Positions 19,808 to 29,631 of a DNA stretch of 45,441 nt are shown here, one piece after another. Position 1 is the first letter of the stretch. Each line of letters opens with the position of its first letter. The notes under the pieces were generated by a model, which was not told where the DNA came from, made no database searches, and saw only the letters and a program-made list of their open reading frames with translations. Origin of the DNA: a virus (Duplodnaviria; Caudoviricetes); IMG/VR virus record IMGVR_UViG_3300008267_000272, positions 1-45,441 of that record; one strand, given 5' to 3'. The translations under genes and the position numbers were made by a program.

Positions 19808-20472
19808 CCAAAAAACATAGATATAAACACAACTGCGACCCCACTACTTACCAGCCCAATCAATTCAATCTCTTCTTGCTCCTGCTTCCACCTTGCCAAC
19901 CTAGTCCTGCGAATTGTTTCTGCCCTAGCCCATTCCTGTTCACGTTCAATCTTTTGGTGCATCTTGAGGAATCGGCTATACAAGTCCTTCAACTCAGGAG
20001 GGGCGTAGACCATTGCCTCCCTAGTCTGCTCCATCAACTTCTCCAATTGCAACTCAATCAATGCCCGCTCTATGGCTTTTTGACTGGTGTTTTGCGCTGG
20101 GTCATAGTTGGTTTTGCTTGTCTCTTCTAGTTCAAGGTAATGGTTGTTAATCTGTTGTTGCGTGTCAAAGAGGACTCCGAGGTTTGCCCCAATCTCGCTG
20201 ATGAGTTTGAGTTCAAGGGCTTCGTAAGATTGCTTCTTTGCGGCGGCTTTCTTTTGCGCCACAGGCTTTGCTTCTGACTTGGCTGGTTTACTAGCGAATA
20301 AACTAACGAACCAATCAAAAATGCCCTTGATTGCCTTGACATCGGAGATAACCCCCTCAACCGTCTTCTTTGCGCCCTCAAGCTCCATACGCCCCTCATG
20401 GAGCATAGAACATCCCTGCTTAATAAAGCCAACCGCAGTTTGGGCAATGAGGAGGGCAGAGAATGGGTCAAT
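19765..20472 (-). CDS. coiled-coil protein with C-terminal TM helix; probable ATT start
   Basis: Frame is open 22 codons upstream of ATG 20406, to ATT-GAC-CCA-TTC at 20472, 6 nt after the upstream stop. Confidence 0.6.
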   Translation of the reverse strand: MDPFSALLIAQTAVGFIKQGCSMLHEGRMELEGAKKTVEGVISDVKAIKGIFDWFVSLFASKPAKSEAKPVAQKKAAAKKQSYEALELKLISEIGANLGVLFDTQQQINNHYLELEETSKTNYDPAQNTSQKAIERALIELQLEKLMEQTREAMVYAPPELKDLYSRFLKMHQKIEREQEWARAETIRRTRLARWKQEQEEIELIGLVSSGVAVVFISMFFGWVMWQLRNLSAGY

Positions 20473-20478
20473 GGCTTA

Positions 20479-20847
20479 TTACGCTTGAACAGCGTCCCAA
20501 GATTGGTTAGCTTCATTCCAAGTAAATGGGCCGCCCGTTGTAGGCATAGCCACAGGGCAATCCCACAAGCAAGCGGTTTCGTTTAGCGTCCATGATGGAT
20601 ATGGCTGTGGAGGAATAAAAGCATCACGACCAGTGTCGTATGTATAGCCAACACCAGCGTAGTTCTTACGCAGTTGCTCACGACCGCTTGGGTTGCCATC
20701 TTGACCATAGTGAACACCGCCACGGGTGTTGTATGAGGTCTGTACCCAGTTTGCAGGATCACCCAAAGCGCCAGTAGAGATAAAGGCTTCTTCAGCCACC
20801 ACGACTTGTACTACAACGCCATTCTCGATTTTTGCAAAGTGTGCCAT
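20479..20847 (-). CDS. conserved phage tail-fibre-associated protein
   Basis: MAHFAKIENG...WVQTSYN...LRKNYAGVGYTYD..RDAFIPPQPYPSW, a family commonly found next to Gly-rich fibres. Confidence 0.7.
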   Translation of the reverse strand: MAHFAKIENGVVVQVVVAEEAFISTGALGDPANWVQTSYNTRGGVHYGQDGNPSGREQLRKNYAGVGYTYDTGRDAFIPPQPYPSWTLNETACLWDCPVAMPTTGGPFTWNEANQSWDAVQA

Positions 20848-21284
20848 TAGATTGATACTCCCAAGTTAATCTCTTTTAATTGTTCCACAGTAGTTACCGC
20901 TGTGATTGATGCCTTTGTTGCGGTACACCAAGCAATAACATTCGCACGATATGTTGCTACATCAGCAGGTATATCAATGCTTCTCTCTACCTTGCGTATG
21001 ACGTACCAGTCTGTTGGTATAAGCGTCATGTTTGTATTGTGATTGACTCTGGCAATCCATATTGACTTTAAGCCCTTGGCAATTAAGCGTTCTGTAGAGT
21101 CAACCATTGCAGGCTTACCGTCTACTGTGCCTAAAACCTTGACGTACATAGGGTTGCCGTCTTGGTCAGACTCTTCTTTGTCTTCCAAGGCTTTTGGAGT
21201 ACCTGTGTAAGAGCCGTCTTGGTTTTGTGTGACCCAGTAATACTGGTCATCAGGTCTGATTTCGTCTTGTCTGGTGAATGACAT
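20847..21284 (-). CDS. tail fibre assembly chaperone-like protein
   Basis: L.PTDWYVIRKVE...IPADVATYRA C-terminal motif. Confidence 0.6.
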   Translation of the reverse strand: MSFTRQDEIRPDDQYYWVTQNQDGSYTGTPKALEDKEESDQDGNPMYVKVLGTVDGKPAMVDSTERLIAKGLKSIWIARVNHNTNMTLIPTDWYVIRKVERSIDIPADVATYRANVIAWCTATKASITAVTTVEQLKEINLGVSI

Positions 21285-21300
21285 ATTGTTCCTTTATTAC

Positions 21301-22380
21301 TCAGCGGGCATTCGCAAATTTAAATGGGTTTTCGGCAAATGCCATATAGATGTATGTGCTACCACTTGCATTTCTTGATGCTGTGCTAGTTCTAATCTTA
21401 AACCCGTTAGATAAAAAGTCTGTTTCATAGACAACATTTGTTTCTGTTCCAAGGTCTAAATCTGCATAAAGTTGCTGGTTTGCTACGTTATATGTGTCTC
21501 TAGATGTGTCCATGATTACCCAATCATTACCCGCAGTAGTAGAACGCTTTGACATAAACCAACGAGGTCTAAATCCAAGATACACAAATGGGCCGTTAGG
21601 GTCACCATTGCCAGTATATGAACCAAAGGCTGAATACCCTGCTACTGCGGCAAAGCAGTAGGCTACTATAGTATCGCTTGCCGCACATGAAGCGCCAACA
21701 CCCATACCAATAACGCTTGGTGTAACTCCTGTTGAACCCCATACACTCGCAAAAGTAGATTGACCGCCTGTTGTATTAAGTTCAACATAATATGTAGTCC
21801 CCGGCGAACCGCTATTAAGTTGATTGTGCCAAGTAATCCAACTTGTAACCCTGCCACGAACTTTTGTAATAACCATACCCGGAGTTACACCTAACCCGTG
21901 ACCCGCAGAAAAATTTCCTGATGCTGGCGCAGTAAATGTCACCACGCTAAAGCCAGCAGTAGTGTTTGCACTTACCTGTGATGCGACAGAGCCATCATTA
22001 TTGGTTACGGCTGTACCACCCGCTTTCCATTGCCAGCCGACATAAGTTACTGTGCTTCCATTTGTTGAATAACCCACACCACTACTAGTTCCAACAGTAA
22101 ATCCAGTAGATGTAATTGCTGTAATTTCAGTAGCGTCCGTTACTTCTGCGGCAGTTCCAGCACCACCAGCGGCAGTTGTTGACAGTTGAAGAGTTATTCC
22201 GCGCACAGAATCAATCCAACTGTGGTTGCCAGCACTTCCACGGCTTTTAGTCCAAATTAAATCTGGTTGAAAAGCAACGCCATTTACTGCGTTATTAAGA
22301 GTTTGGCTTGCCCCAGTACCCGTATAAGTCGTAGCCGCAAACGCAGTACGACCATCAGGAATTGCATATGTTGTTGGCAT
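21301..22380 (-). CDS. tail fibre/receptor-binding accessory protein
   Basis: YTGTG..FQPDLIWTKSR, AGFSVVT, GYSAFGSYTGNG..GPFVYLGFRP, YIYMAFAENPFK. Confidence 0.7.
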   Translation of the reverse strand: MPTTYAIPDGRTAFAATTYTGTGASQTLNNAVNGVAFQPDLIWTKSRGSAGNHSWIDSVRGITLQLSTTAAGGAGTAAEVTDATEITAITSTGFTVGTSSGVGYSTNGSTVTYVGWQWKAGGTAVTNNDGSVASQVSANTTAGFSVVTFTAPASGNFSAGHGLGVTPGMVITKVRGRVTSWITWHNQLNSGSPGTTYYVELNTTGGQSTFASVWGSTGVTPSVIGMGVGASCAASDTIVAYCFAAVAGYSAFGSYTGNGDPNGPFVYLGFRPRWFMSKRSTTAGNDWVIMDTSRDTYNVANQQLYADLDLGTETNVVYETDFLSNGFKIRTSTASRNASGSTYIYMAFAENPFKFANAR

Positions 22381-22389
22381 TTCTATTCC

Positions 22390-25300
22390 TTATAGGTTAT
22401 AGGTGTTGAGGGCTACAAAGTTTGTAGGGGGTGTGTAGGAGAATGGGCGTTGACCGAAGTTAATGGCGGCACTCTGTGAAGAATTTTGAAAACATCCTAC
22501 GCCACCAAACAAAGTTTTAGTGCCTGCTGTGTAGGTAGTAATAGCCCCAGTTCTACTTGCCCCACTTGTAGGAACACCACTATTTATCCAAGTATTTGCG
22601 TTAGCAAAATATACTGCGCCATTATCACAATCAACTGCAACTCCAATTACAACTCCAGCAGAGTTCCATGTAGTAGTTGTAATGCTTACTGTGCCGTAAG
22701 TGTCTCCAGTTGACCTATACCCTGCAAATATAGAGCCTGATACATTTAAAGCACTTGTGTCCACTACATCTTCAACTAGGGCATAAGTAAAATTAGACCC
22801 AACACCAACTGCGGTAACTTCAAAATACCACTTTCCCGTAGTCATTCCAATAGTGGAGTAACTAGCCCCCACATTCGCACTATTTAAACCTGCTATTTTT
22901 AATGACGCATCAGACAATGTTGCAGATGACCCAACTGCCAATGGATTTAAAGTTGCATAGTTAGCCGCTGTCGCACTTGTCAGCGTAGGCACATCGGTCA
23001 TGCTGTCGTAGTTAACATTGTTAGGCGGTGTGCCTGAGTAAGCCGTTACATTTATTCCACTGCTTGTCCAGTTGTTTCCATTTGGACTAAAGTCATACCC
23101 TATTGTTGTTGTGTTCGTATTGTTGGTAAAAGGCAAATAGAAGCCGTTAGTACCATACGAACCACCATAGGTGATGGGTTGCCATACACCGTATGAGTTG
23201 GTTGTTCCAAAACTGGTTGGTGCTAACTGTTGACCATCGACAAAATTGATTTCGGTTAGGTAGCCGTCAAAGTAACGACCAGAAGGTGTCCAATTACGAA
23301 AACCAATAGCAGTTGCTTGTGCTGAGTTAATTCCGTATCCAGCGTTTAAAGTAAATCCAGAACCAGTTAATGTTTGCTGGACTCCATTGACATAAATTTT
23401 GCAACGATTTGCCGAAGTTGCTTGTGTGCTATCAAATGCCACAATAATGTGATACCAAGCAGATGGGTCACGGAATACAGCAGATGTTGTATTTGAATCT
23501 GCTGAATATGCGGTAACTGTAAATGTGTCAGCCGCATCAAAACCAAATTCAAGCCAAGTGGTATTTGATGTTCCAACATCTGATGAAAGTAAAACTTGAG
23601 CAGAACTTAAAGTACCACGCTTGACCCAACTACTCCATGTCCAAATTTTGTTGTTTGTTGGTGTAGTTAGTGTTTTGCTCAAATATGCTGTTGCACTTGC
23701 TTTGAAACGCAAAGAGTTGTTAACCAACTTGATTGGTGTCAGGTATCCGCTTGATGTGAATGTGTGAATGACATTACCACCAGAGATAGTCACAGTACCA
23801 CCAGCCATTAGCTGTGTAGCACCTGCGTAAGAGATGATTACAACGCCAGAGCCACCAGAGCCACCAGCACCTCCTGATACAGGGTAAGTACCACCGCCTC
23901 CGCCTCCGCCACCGCCAGTATTGGCTGTTCCTGATACACCTGCTACTGCGGCATTTGTACCGCCACCACCTCCGCCACCACTACCACCAGAGCCGGGTGA
24001 ACCGCCTGTCCAAGCGCCTCCTCCTCCGCCTCCAGCAACGTAATAAGTAGTAGATACAAGTTGACCAGTAGTTGAACCTGTAATGGGGTTAGCAACACCT
24101 ACACCACCATTTGAGCCATCAACAGTTATAGCATTTGCACCAACCGCTCCTGCACCGCCACCTCCAGCGCCACCGCCAGCAGAAACTGTAGTGTTGCCGC
24201 CTGCGTTACCTTGCCCAGATGTTCCTGTGCCGCCTGTCCATATCCCGTAACCAGCACCTCCTCCAGAACCTCCTGCTCCACCGTCGGATTGTTTGCCACC
24301 ATAACCACCGCCAACGGCAGATGTGGCATAAGCACTAAGGGATGAATTAGTTCCTTGTGTACCAACAGCATTTGAGGCAACCCCGCCACCAGCGCCAACA
24401 GTAACAACATAAATTGAATTGGAGTCAATGGTTAAACCAGAACCAGATAGCAGACCACCTGCTCCACCAGCACCTGTACCACCTGTTCCGCTTGTAGCGC
24501 TACCGCCACCTCCACCACCAGCAACAATCAAATAACTCGCTGTCAAAGAAGACAAAGGAGTCAATGTTCCTGATGTATTGAATGTATGAATAACATTAGC
24601 GCCACTTGTAGTGACTACTCCACCACCAAACTGTTGTGGGGCAGGGTATGAAATGATGACTATGCCTGAGCCGCCTTTGCCGCCATTATTTGCAGACGCG
24701 CCACCGCCACCGCCACCGCTATTGGCAGTCCCAGCATTACCTGAACCGCTACCAACTCCATTACCACCACCGCCAGCACCGCCAGTTCCTGCTGTTGAAC
24801 CAGAAGACCCACCTCCACCGCCACCAGCATAAGTTACAGACGAACCTGAAATAGATGATGCAGTTCCTGCACCGCCATTACCTGCGGCACTAGAATTTCC
24901 ATTTACACCAACAGCAGATGCACCGCCACCACCGCCAGCCGCACGATATGTAAGACTATTTGTTTCGCCACTACCGCCATTACTTCCTTGACTTGGACTT
25001 GTAGAAGGTGTATTTCCTGTTCCACCAGAACTTGTTACAGTTCCACCTGTTGCATTTGCCGCACCACCGCCTCCTGACCCGCCATTTCCACCTGTAACTT
25101 GACCAGTTGAATCATTAGCACTACCGCCTCCACCACCGCCTGTAGATGTAAGAGTAGTTATTCCTGTGCCACTTAAAACTGAATTTGAGCCTACAGTTCC
25201 TCTTAAAGAGGAATTAGTTGAGCCAGCACCACCCGCACCGACTGTTACTGCGTATGACTGAGTTGGGTTAAGAGAAGTTGTGCTTGTAAGTAAGCCACCA

Positions 25301-25437
25301 GCACCTCCACCACCGCCATAAGATGCACCGCCACCACCTCCACCAGCAACCACAAGGTAACTAGCAGTAACCGATTGCAGTCCTGTCCACCCAAAGGCGG
25401 CTAGTGCGGCGGCTCCAATCTTGGATAAACGAGGCAT
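22390..25437 (-). CDS. Gly-rich tail fibre/adhesin with two Gly-rich modules, a LamG/concanavalin-A-like domain and a SPRY-like domain
   Basis: 2x (YLVVAGGGGGG...GGSG.VIISY...VIHTF.TSG); NSLRF..WTWSSWVKRG..FRDPSAWYHII; TGKWYFEV...NFGQRPF. Confidence 0.75.
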   Translation of the reverse strand: MPRLSKIGAAALAAFGWTGLQSVTASYLVVAGGGGGGASYGGGGGAGGLLTSTTSLNPTQSYAVTVGAGGAGSTNSSLRGTVGSNSVLSGTGITTLTSTGGGGGGSANDSTGQVTGGNGGSGGGGAANATGGTVTSSGGTGNTPSTSPSQGSNGGSGETNSLTYRAAGGGGGASAVGVNGNSSAAGNGGAGTASSISGSSVTYAGGGGGGSSGSTAGTGGAGGGGNGVGSGSGNAGTANSGGGGGGASANNGGKGGSGIVIISYPAPQQFGGGVVTTSGANVIHTFNTSGTLTPLSSLTASYLIVAGGGGGGSATSGTGGTGAGGAGGLLSGSGLTIDSNSIYVVTVGAGGGVASNAVGTQGTNSSLSAYATSAVGGGYGGKQSDGGAGGSGGGAGYGIWTGGTGTSGQGNAGGNTTVSAGGGAGGGGAGAVGANAITVDGSNGGVGVANPITGSTTGQLVSTTYYVAGGGGGGAWTGGSPGSGGSGGGGGGGTNAAVAGVSGTANTGGGGGGGGGTYPVSGGAGGSGGSGVVIISYAGATQLMAGGTVTISGGNVIHTFTSSGYLTPIKLVNNSLRFKASATAYLSKTLTTPTNNKIWTWSSWVKRGTLSSAQVLLSSDVGTSNTTWLEFGFDAADTFTVTAYSADSNTTSAVFRDPSAWYHIIVAFDSTQATSANRCKIYVNGVQQTLTGSGFTLNAGYGINSAQATAIGFRNWTPSGRYFDGYLTEINFVDGQQLAPTSFGTTNSYGVWQPITYGGSYGTNGFYLPFTNNTNTTTIGYDFSPNGNNWTSSGINVTAYSGTPPNNVNYDSMTDVPTLTSATAANYATLNPLAVGSSATLSDASLKIAGLNSANVGASYSTIGMTTGKWYFEVTAVGVGSNFTYALVEDVVDTSALNVSGSIFAGYRSTGDTYGTVSITTTTWNSAGVVIGVAVDCDNGAVYFANANTWINSGVPTSGASRTGAITTYTAGTKTLFGGVGCFQNSSQSAAINFGQRPFSYTPPTNFVALNTYNL

Positions 25438-25446
25438 TAGTTATCC

Positions 25447-26766
25447 TTAAGCGAACTTGGTCTGAGAAGCCAACACGGTGTATGTTGGCGTATTGGCTGT
25501 TTTGATGATTACATAGGTGTAGCTATCAATTGAGCTTGCATTGCCAGAAGTCGGTGCTGTACCGCCTTGCCACTTAGGAGTGACAGTAGAACCATCTACT
25601 TGAACCACAGAGTTGTAGTAAGCAGTTGCTCCATTGGTCACCAAGAAAGTAACAGACAAAGACTCGCCTGTAGACATGATGGTACTCAACGGTGTACCGA
25701 TTGAACCTATGAAGTTAACTGTGAATTGACCACTAGCGTTAAGGGTGAAGTACAGGACAGACTGGGCCGTGACATCAAAAGTAATAGTTCCTGTTGCCGC
25801 AGTCGCAGAAATGGTTGCCGCTTCAAGAATGTTAGAAGTCTTTAAGTCAGCGTTTGATGAAGTACCAGCAAATGTCTGCAACCCCGTAAATGTATTTGCT
25901 ACGTTTACTACAGCAATGTTTGCTCCCGCCAAGGTACTAGCGCCTGTACCGCCGTTAGCAATAGGCAATGTTCCTGTTACACCTGTGGTCAAAGGTAGAC
26001 CTGTGACATTGGTTGCAGTACCGCTAGAAGGTGTACCCAATGCCCCTCCATTGACCACAAATGCACCTGCGGAGCCTGTATTCACCCCCAGAGCGGTAAC
26101 AACACCCGTGCCTGTGGTTGTGGTGCTTGGAGCCACGCCAGCCCCGCCACCGATGACTAGGGCGCTTGCGGCTAGTGCCGTGGACGATGCCAAAGTTCCA
26201 GAGGCGGTGTAAGCTAGAACACCACCAGATGTTCCTGCCGTAAGACCTGTACCGCCATTAGCAACAGCCAATGTGCCAGCAACAGTAACCGCGCCGCTTG
26301 TCGCTGTGGAAGGAGTCAGCCCAGTGGAGCCAAATGTGATTGTCGTAACACCGTCTGCAACAGATGTGGCAATCTTTACAAAGTCTGAACCATTCCAAGC
26401 GCAAAGAGCTTTTTCACCCGCTACGATTGTCACGCCTGTCGTTGGGCCAGCGCCTCGCAGAACAATTGACTGAGTACTCCCAGTTGCGTTGATAACAATG
26501 TATGCTTTACTTTGAGCTGGGGCGGTAATATTTCTGGTAACTGTTCCACTTGCTGTCCATAAGAGGATGGCTTCACGGGCAGTGTTTGCCGCTAGAGTCG
26601 TAGTGGTTAGTGTTACGTCAGCATCAGAACTAATGGTGGTTGTGCCAGCAATTGCCGAATCAACCAAAGAAGTAATACTGTTGTTTACAGTATCGCCCCA
26701 TGTTCCTGATAACTCTCCAGTAACAGGGAGCGCAAGACCTAAAAGGGATGTTGCCGCTGTTGTCAT
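25447..26766 (-). CDS. tail fibre protein
   Basis: GELSGTWG.TVN N-terminus, repeated L.(V/I)ANGGTG, C-terminal PKWQGGTAPT..NASSIDSY. Confidence 0.7.
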   Translation of the reverse strand: MTTAATSLLGLALPVTGELSGTWGDTVNNSITSLVDSAIAGTTTISSDADVTLTTTTLAANTAREAILLWTASGTVTRNITAPAQSKAYIVINATGSTQSIVLRGAGPTTGVTIVAGEKALCAWNGSDFVKIATSVADGVTTITFGSTGLTPSTATSGAVTVAGTLAVANGGTGLTAGTSGGVLAYTASGTLASSTALAASALVIGGGAGVAPSTTTTGTGVVTALGVNTGSAGAFVVNGGALGTPSSGTATNVTGLPLTTGVTGTLPIANGGTGASTLAGANIAVVNVANTFTGLQTFAGTSSNADLKTSNILEAATISATAATGTITFDVTAQSVLYFTLNASGQFTVNFIGSIGTPLSTIMSTGESLSVTFLVTNGATAYYNSVVQVDGSTVTPKWQGGTAPTSGNASSIDSYTYVIIKTANTPTYTVLASQTKFA

Positions 26767-26776
26767 ATGTTTAACC

Positions 26777-27439
26777 TCACGTTATTACTTCTGCCCAATT
26801 CGCTGTTTGAGAGTTGTTGATATTTTGCCAGTTTGCGCTCTGACTGTCATCAATTAACTTCCAATAAACAGCGATAACCGTTCCAACTTGTCCAGAAGCA
26901 GAATTGCCTGTGAGTGCAAAACTTCTACCCCCGATACCAATCGATCCAAGTACGCCACTTCCCGATACTCCAGATAACTGAATTTCTCTATCCGCCGTTA
27001 CCGACCCAACATACCCGTCTGCTGAATTAGGTAGCAATGGAACAACAACTTGTCCAAGAGATCCGTTTGCCATCACCCCCGCTAACTCAACGGAGACAGA
27101 TAACCCAACAGATCCAACCGCACCGCTTGCCTCTAAGCCAGTTAGAAACTTGCTTGCAATCAGCGTTCCTACATCACCAGAACCCAATACCCCAGTTAAG
27201 GCTACTTCAATAGTAGGAGTTGTTATTCCTACATAACCATTTGCCGAATCACCTAAATCTGCGGAAGACTGACTTGGGGTAACAGATCCAACAGAACCCG
27301 TTGCCGAATTACCCGCCAAAGCAACAGATATGTTGGGCGAAGCCGTTCCAACGGCCCCCGTGGCGGCTACCCCTGTTGCTTCAAGAGTGCCGCCCCAGCC
27401 GTCTGCGCCCCAAGTACTGTCGCCCCAGCCGAGAGACAC
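26777..27439 (-). CDS. G/S/V-rich repetitive structural (tail) protein
   Basis: WG.STWG..GWGG N-terminus and repeated L.G..A.G.VG motifs; GTG start. Confidence 0.6.
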   Translation of the reverse strand: MSLGWGDSTWGADGWGGTLEATGVAATGAVGTASPNISVALAGNSATGSVGSVTPSQSSADLGDSANGYVGITTPTIEVALTGVLGSGDVGTLIASKFLTGLEASGAVGSVGLSVSVELAGVMANGSLGQVVVPLLPNSADGYVGSVTADREIQLSGVSGSGVLGSIGIGGRSFALTGNSASGQVGTVIAVYWKLIDDSQSANWQNINNSQTANWAEVIT

Positions 27440-27448
27440 GAACTACCT

Positions 27449-27925
27449 TTAGGTAGTAGCCAACCGCAACAAAGCAGTGGATGTCGTGTTTGATGGCATC
27501 GTCAAGGTAAAAGTACCAGCGGTAATCGTTTGATCACCAAAGGTGTACACCGCAACAGCCTTGTTACTCTGGGTAGAGTTGTAAATCAACACTGCATTGA
27601 ATGCCGTGCTTAGTGTCACACTTGTGTATGTTATCGAGGCAGAAGGCGTAAAAAACGCCACACCCGCAGTTGCCGAACTATTTGTCGCAGTGGGAGGGGT
27701 TGCCGCCGTTACTGTTACACCGCCAGCAGAATACCCTGTACCAGAGACTTCTCCAGTAGCCGCATATGCCGTTGTTGCCGCGTTGTATGTAGCAGAAGAC
27801 AAATACAGCGCGGCTTTAAAGGTGTCTGCTGTAGTCACTGCTCGAATAGGTGCAGTACCAAAGTTATGGGTTGCCGTCAGGATTTCTCCCATAAAGGAGG
27901 TACACATTGATGATGTATTTGCCAT
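27449..27925 (-). CDS. structural protein (paralog of 28120..28539)
   Basis: TSF..E.....H.F...DTFKAALY...EVSGTGYSAGG...FTLTMP. Confidence 0.7.
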   Translation of the reverse strand: MANTSSMCTSFMGEILTATHNFGTAPIRAVTTADTFKAALYLSSATYNAATTAYAATGEVSGTGYSAGGVTVTAATPPTATNSSATAGVAFFTPSASITYTSVTLSTAFNAVLIYNSTQSNKAVAVYTFGDQTITAGTFTLTMPSNTTSTALLRLATT

Positions 27926-27934
27926 AGTAGTTCC

Positions 27935-28123
27935 TTAAAAATTACCAGTTTCGCCACCTACAGGCGGCATTTTCTTCAGAGTCACATGTACAGAACGATG
28001 AACAAGTTCACCCTCTAGCCAGTATTCTGTCCATGTGGTTGTTTCGTTATTGTTGTCAATGTCACCCTCTCGCTTTTCTAGCAAAGAGTCATCCATTTCG
28101 CCCTTGGTAGTTGTTACTATCAA
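27935..28123 (-). CDS. small conserved hypothetical protein
   Basis: 62 aa, TTKGEMDDSLLEKREG...EYWLEGELVHRSVHV; overlaps the upstream stop. Confidence 0.65.
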   Translation of the reverse strand: MIVTTTKGEMDDSLLEKREGDIDNNNETTTWTEYWLEGELVHRSVHVTLKKMPPVGGETGNF

Positions 28124-28539
28124 TTTGAACTCCTAATAAGCGCCGCTGTCGAAGTGTTGGCTGGCATAGTGATTGTAAATGTTGTAGTGGAAGTTTTGTC
28201 AGCACCAAAATCCAAAACAGCGATAGACTTGTTTCCCTGCGTTGCGTTATAAATTAACGCGCATCTTGCTGTGATTGCACCCGTCCAAGATATGTTTGGG
28301 AAGCCCACATACGCCGTATAACCAGAGCTACTCACCGTGATAGGAGTTAACACCGCGCCACCAGCTACATAAGTTCCAGTGGCGGCCACCTCATTCGTTG
28401 CAGAATACACAGTTGTATCAGCGTTTAAATCAACATTAGCTGTATACAAAGCTATCTTGATAACATCCGTAGATAGATCATGTATGCCTTGATACAGCTC
28501 TTTCTTAAAGCTTGTAGTCTGGGTTTGGACTATGCTCAT
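28120..28539 (-). CDS. structural protein (paralog of 27449..27925)
   Basis: TSFKKEL..GIHD...KIALY...ALIYN..QGNKSIAVLDFGADK. Confidence 0.7.
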   Translation of the reverse strand: MSIVQTQTTSFKKELYQGIHDLSTDVIKIALYTANVDLNADTTVYSATNEVAATGTYVAGGAVLTPITVSSSGYTAYVGFPNISWTGAITARCALIYNATQGNKSIAVLDFGADKTSTTTFTITMPANTSTAALIRSSN

Positions 28540-29189
28540 TGAACTTGTGTTCTCACTTGGCCATCACGATAAGCATCCATACGCTGTTTGCCATCACCCA
28601 AGTTCTTGAGCAGAGCAATAGACTGTAGATACATCTCGTTGTAAAACTTAACCAGATCTGGTTCACCCTTCATGTAACGAATGGCCTCAACCATAGTTCC
28701 ATTGAGAAGAGCGGAATCAAAGTTATCTCCTAGCCAAGTCTGGCTTGCGGTAACTATAGACTCAGGATAATAGTAATAGTGCAGTTCTGCTGTGTAACCA
28801 GCGTCTGGCGTTGGGCCAAGAATAAACGTCAATTCTTTTACATTGGCAGATTGAGGGCCAAAAATAGCGTAGTGCTTAGGTTTTCCTGTGTCCGTTGGAT
28901 TGGGATACGCATCTCTAATAAAGTTAACGTCTTTGTTTAACAGGTAAAGATAGTCGCCGCCAGCACTTGGGTATACAGCCAAAGAGTATGTAGACAAGAA
29001 ATCATCAGGCGCAGACAAATACTTGTTACCAGAAGTCAAAGTTCCAGTAACGTTCTTTCTCAGGTTAGAGATCTGCACCGTGTTATAGATGCGTTGCTCC
29101 GCCTGTTTAATCATAATGTCCATATCTACCGTGGGAAACGTGTTCTCACAGTAGTCTGAAACAGCAATGACTAATTCACTGTATGTCAT
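28536..29189 (-). CDS. head-tail adaptor / tail tubular-A-like protein
   Basis: MTYSEL...AEQRI...G.PKHYA...LGPTPD..Y..ELHY...TWL. Confidence 0.7.
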   Translation of the reverse strand: MTYSELVIAVSDYCENTFPTVDMDIMIKQAEQRIYNTVQISNLRKNVTGTLTSGNKYLSAPDDFLSTYSLAVYPSAGGDYLYLLNKDVNFIRDAYPNPTDTGKPKHYAIFGPQSANVKELTFILGPTPDAGYTAELHYYYYPESIVTASQTWLGDNFDSALLNGTMVEAIRYMKGEPDLVKFYNEMYLQSIALLKNLGDGKQRMDAYRDGQVRTQVQ

Positions 29190-29431
29190 GCCATTGGGCC
29201 TCTGGCCATAACGCCTTTAGTTGCCGCACCAGTACCACGAATTTTGATACCAGTAGTTTTAACTTCATCGTTAGAACCCAAGCTCACTCCGTCCATAGGA
29301 GTCCAATCCTTCTTGCGAGGGATAGGTGATTTGTCACGCATCTTCACACCAGCCTTACCATCCATCGTGTGTGGCTGGGCATAAACGCTGGCATCACCAA
29401 CTTCTTTACCCATTACTTTTTTGCTATACAT
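29186..29431 (-). CDS. small basic protein (C-terminal RGTGAATKG)
   Basis: 81 aa, coupled overlaps. Confidence 0.65.
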   Translation of the reverse strand: MYSKKVMGKEVGDASVYAQPHTMDGKAGVKMRDKSPIPRKKDWTPMDGVSLGSNDEVKTTGIKIRGTGAATKGVMARGPMA

Positions 29432-29622
29432 TATTTGCTCCTTGAAGACTTCATCTGGTTGGCAACTTTAGCCATACCACGGCCTAATGTACGCATTTGC
29501 ATATTGGTCTTTCCACCTTTAGCAAATTTAGTCATTGGCTTGCCGGGATGCATCTTCTTTTCATGCTTATGCACGGCACCAGCCATCATTTTCTTGTCTT
29601 GTTTTAAGTCAGCTTTGTCCAT
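29431..29622 (-). CDS. small basic protein (FAKGG motif)
   Basis: 63 aa, SD AGGAG upstream. Confidence 0.65.
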   Translation of the reverse strand: MDKADLKQDKKMMAGAVHKHEKKMHPGKPMTKFAKGGKTNMQMRTLGRGMAKVANQMKSSRSK

Positions 29623-29631
29623 CTTTCTCTC

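Noticed and set aside
23820-25350. Dense ccaccgcc/ccaccagc repeats suggesting a DNA repeat array or CRISPR
   Set aside because: Explained by poly-Gly codons of the fibre protein; there is no constant repeat with unique spacers.
21301-26766. Diversity-generating retroelement or invertible tail-fibre cassette
   Set aside because: No reverse transcriptase or invertase in the window, and no near-identical TR/VR pair or flanking inverted repeats noticed.
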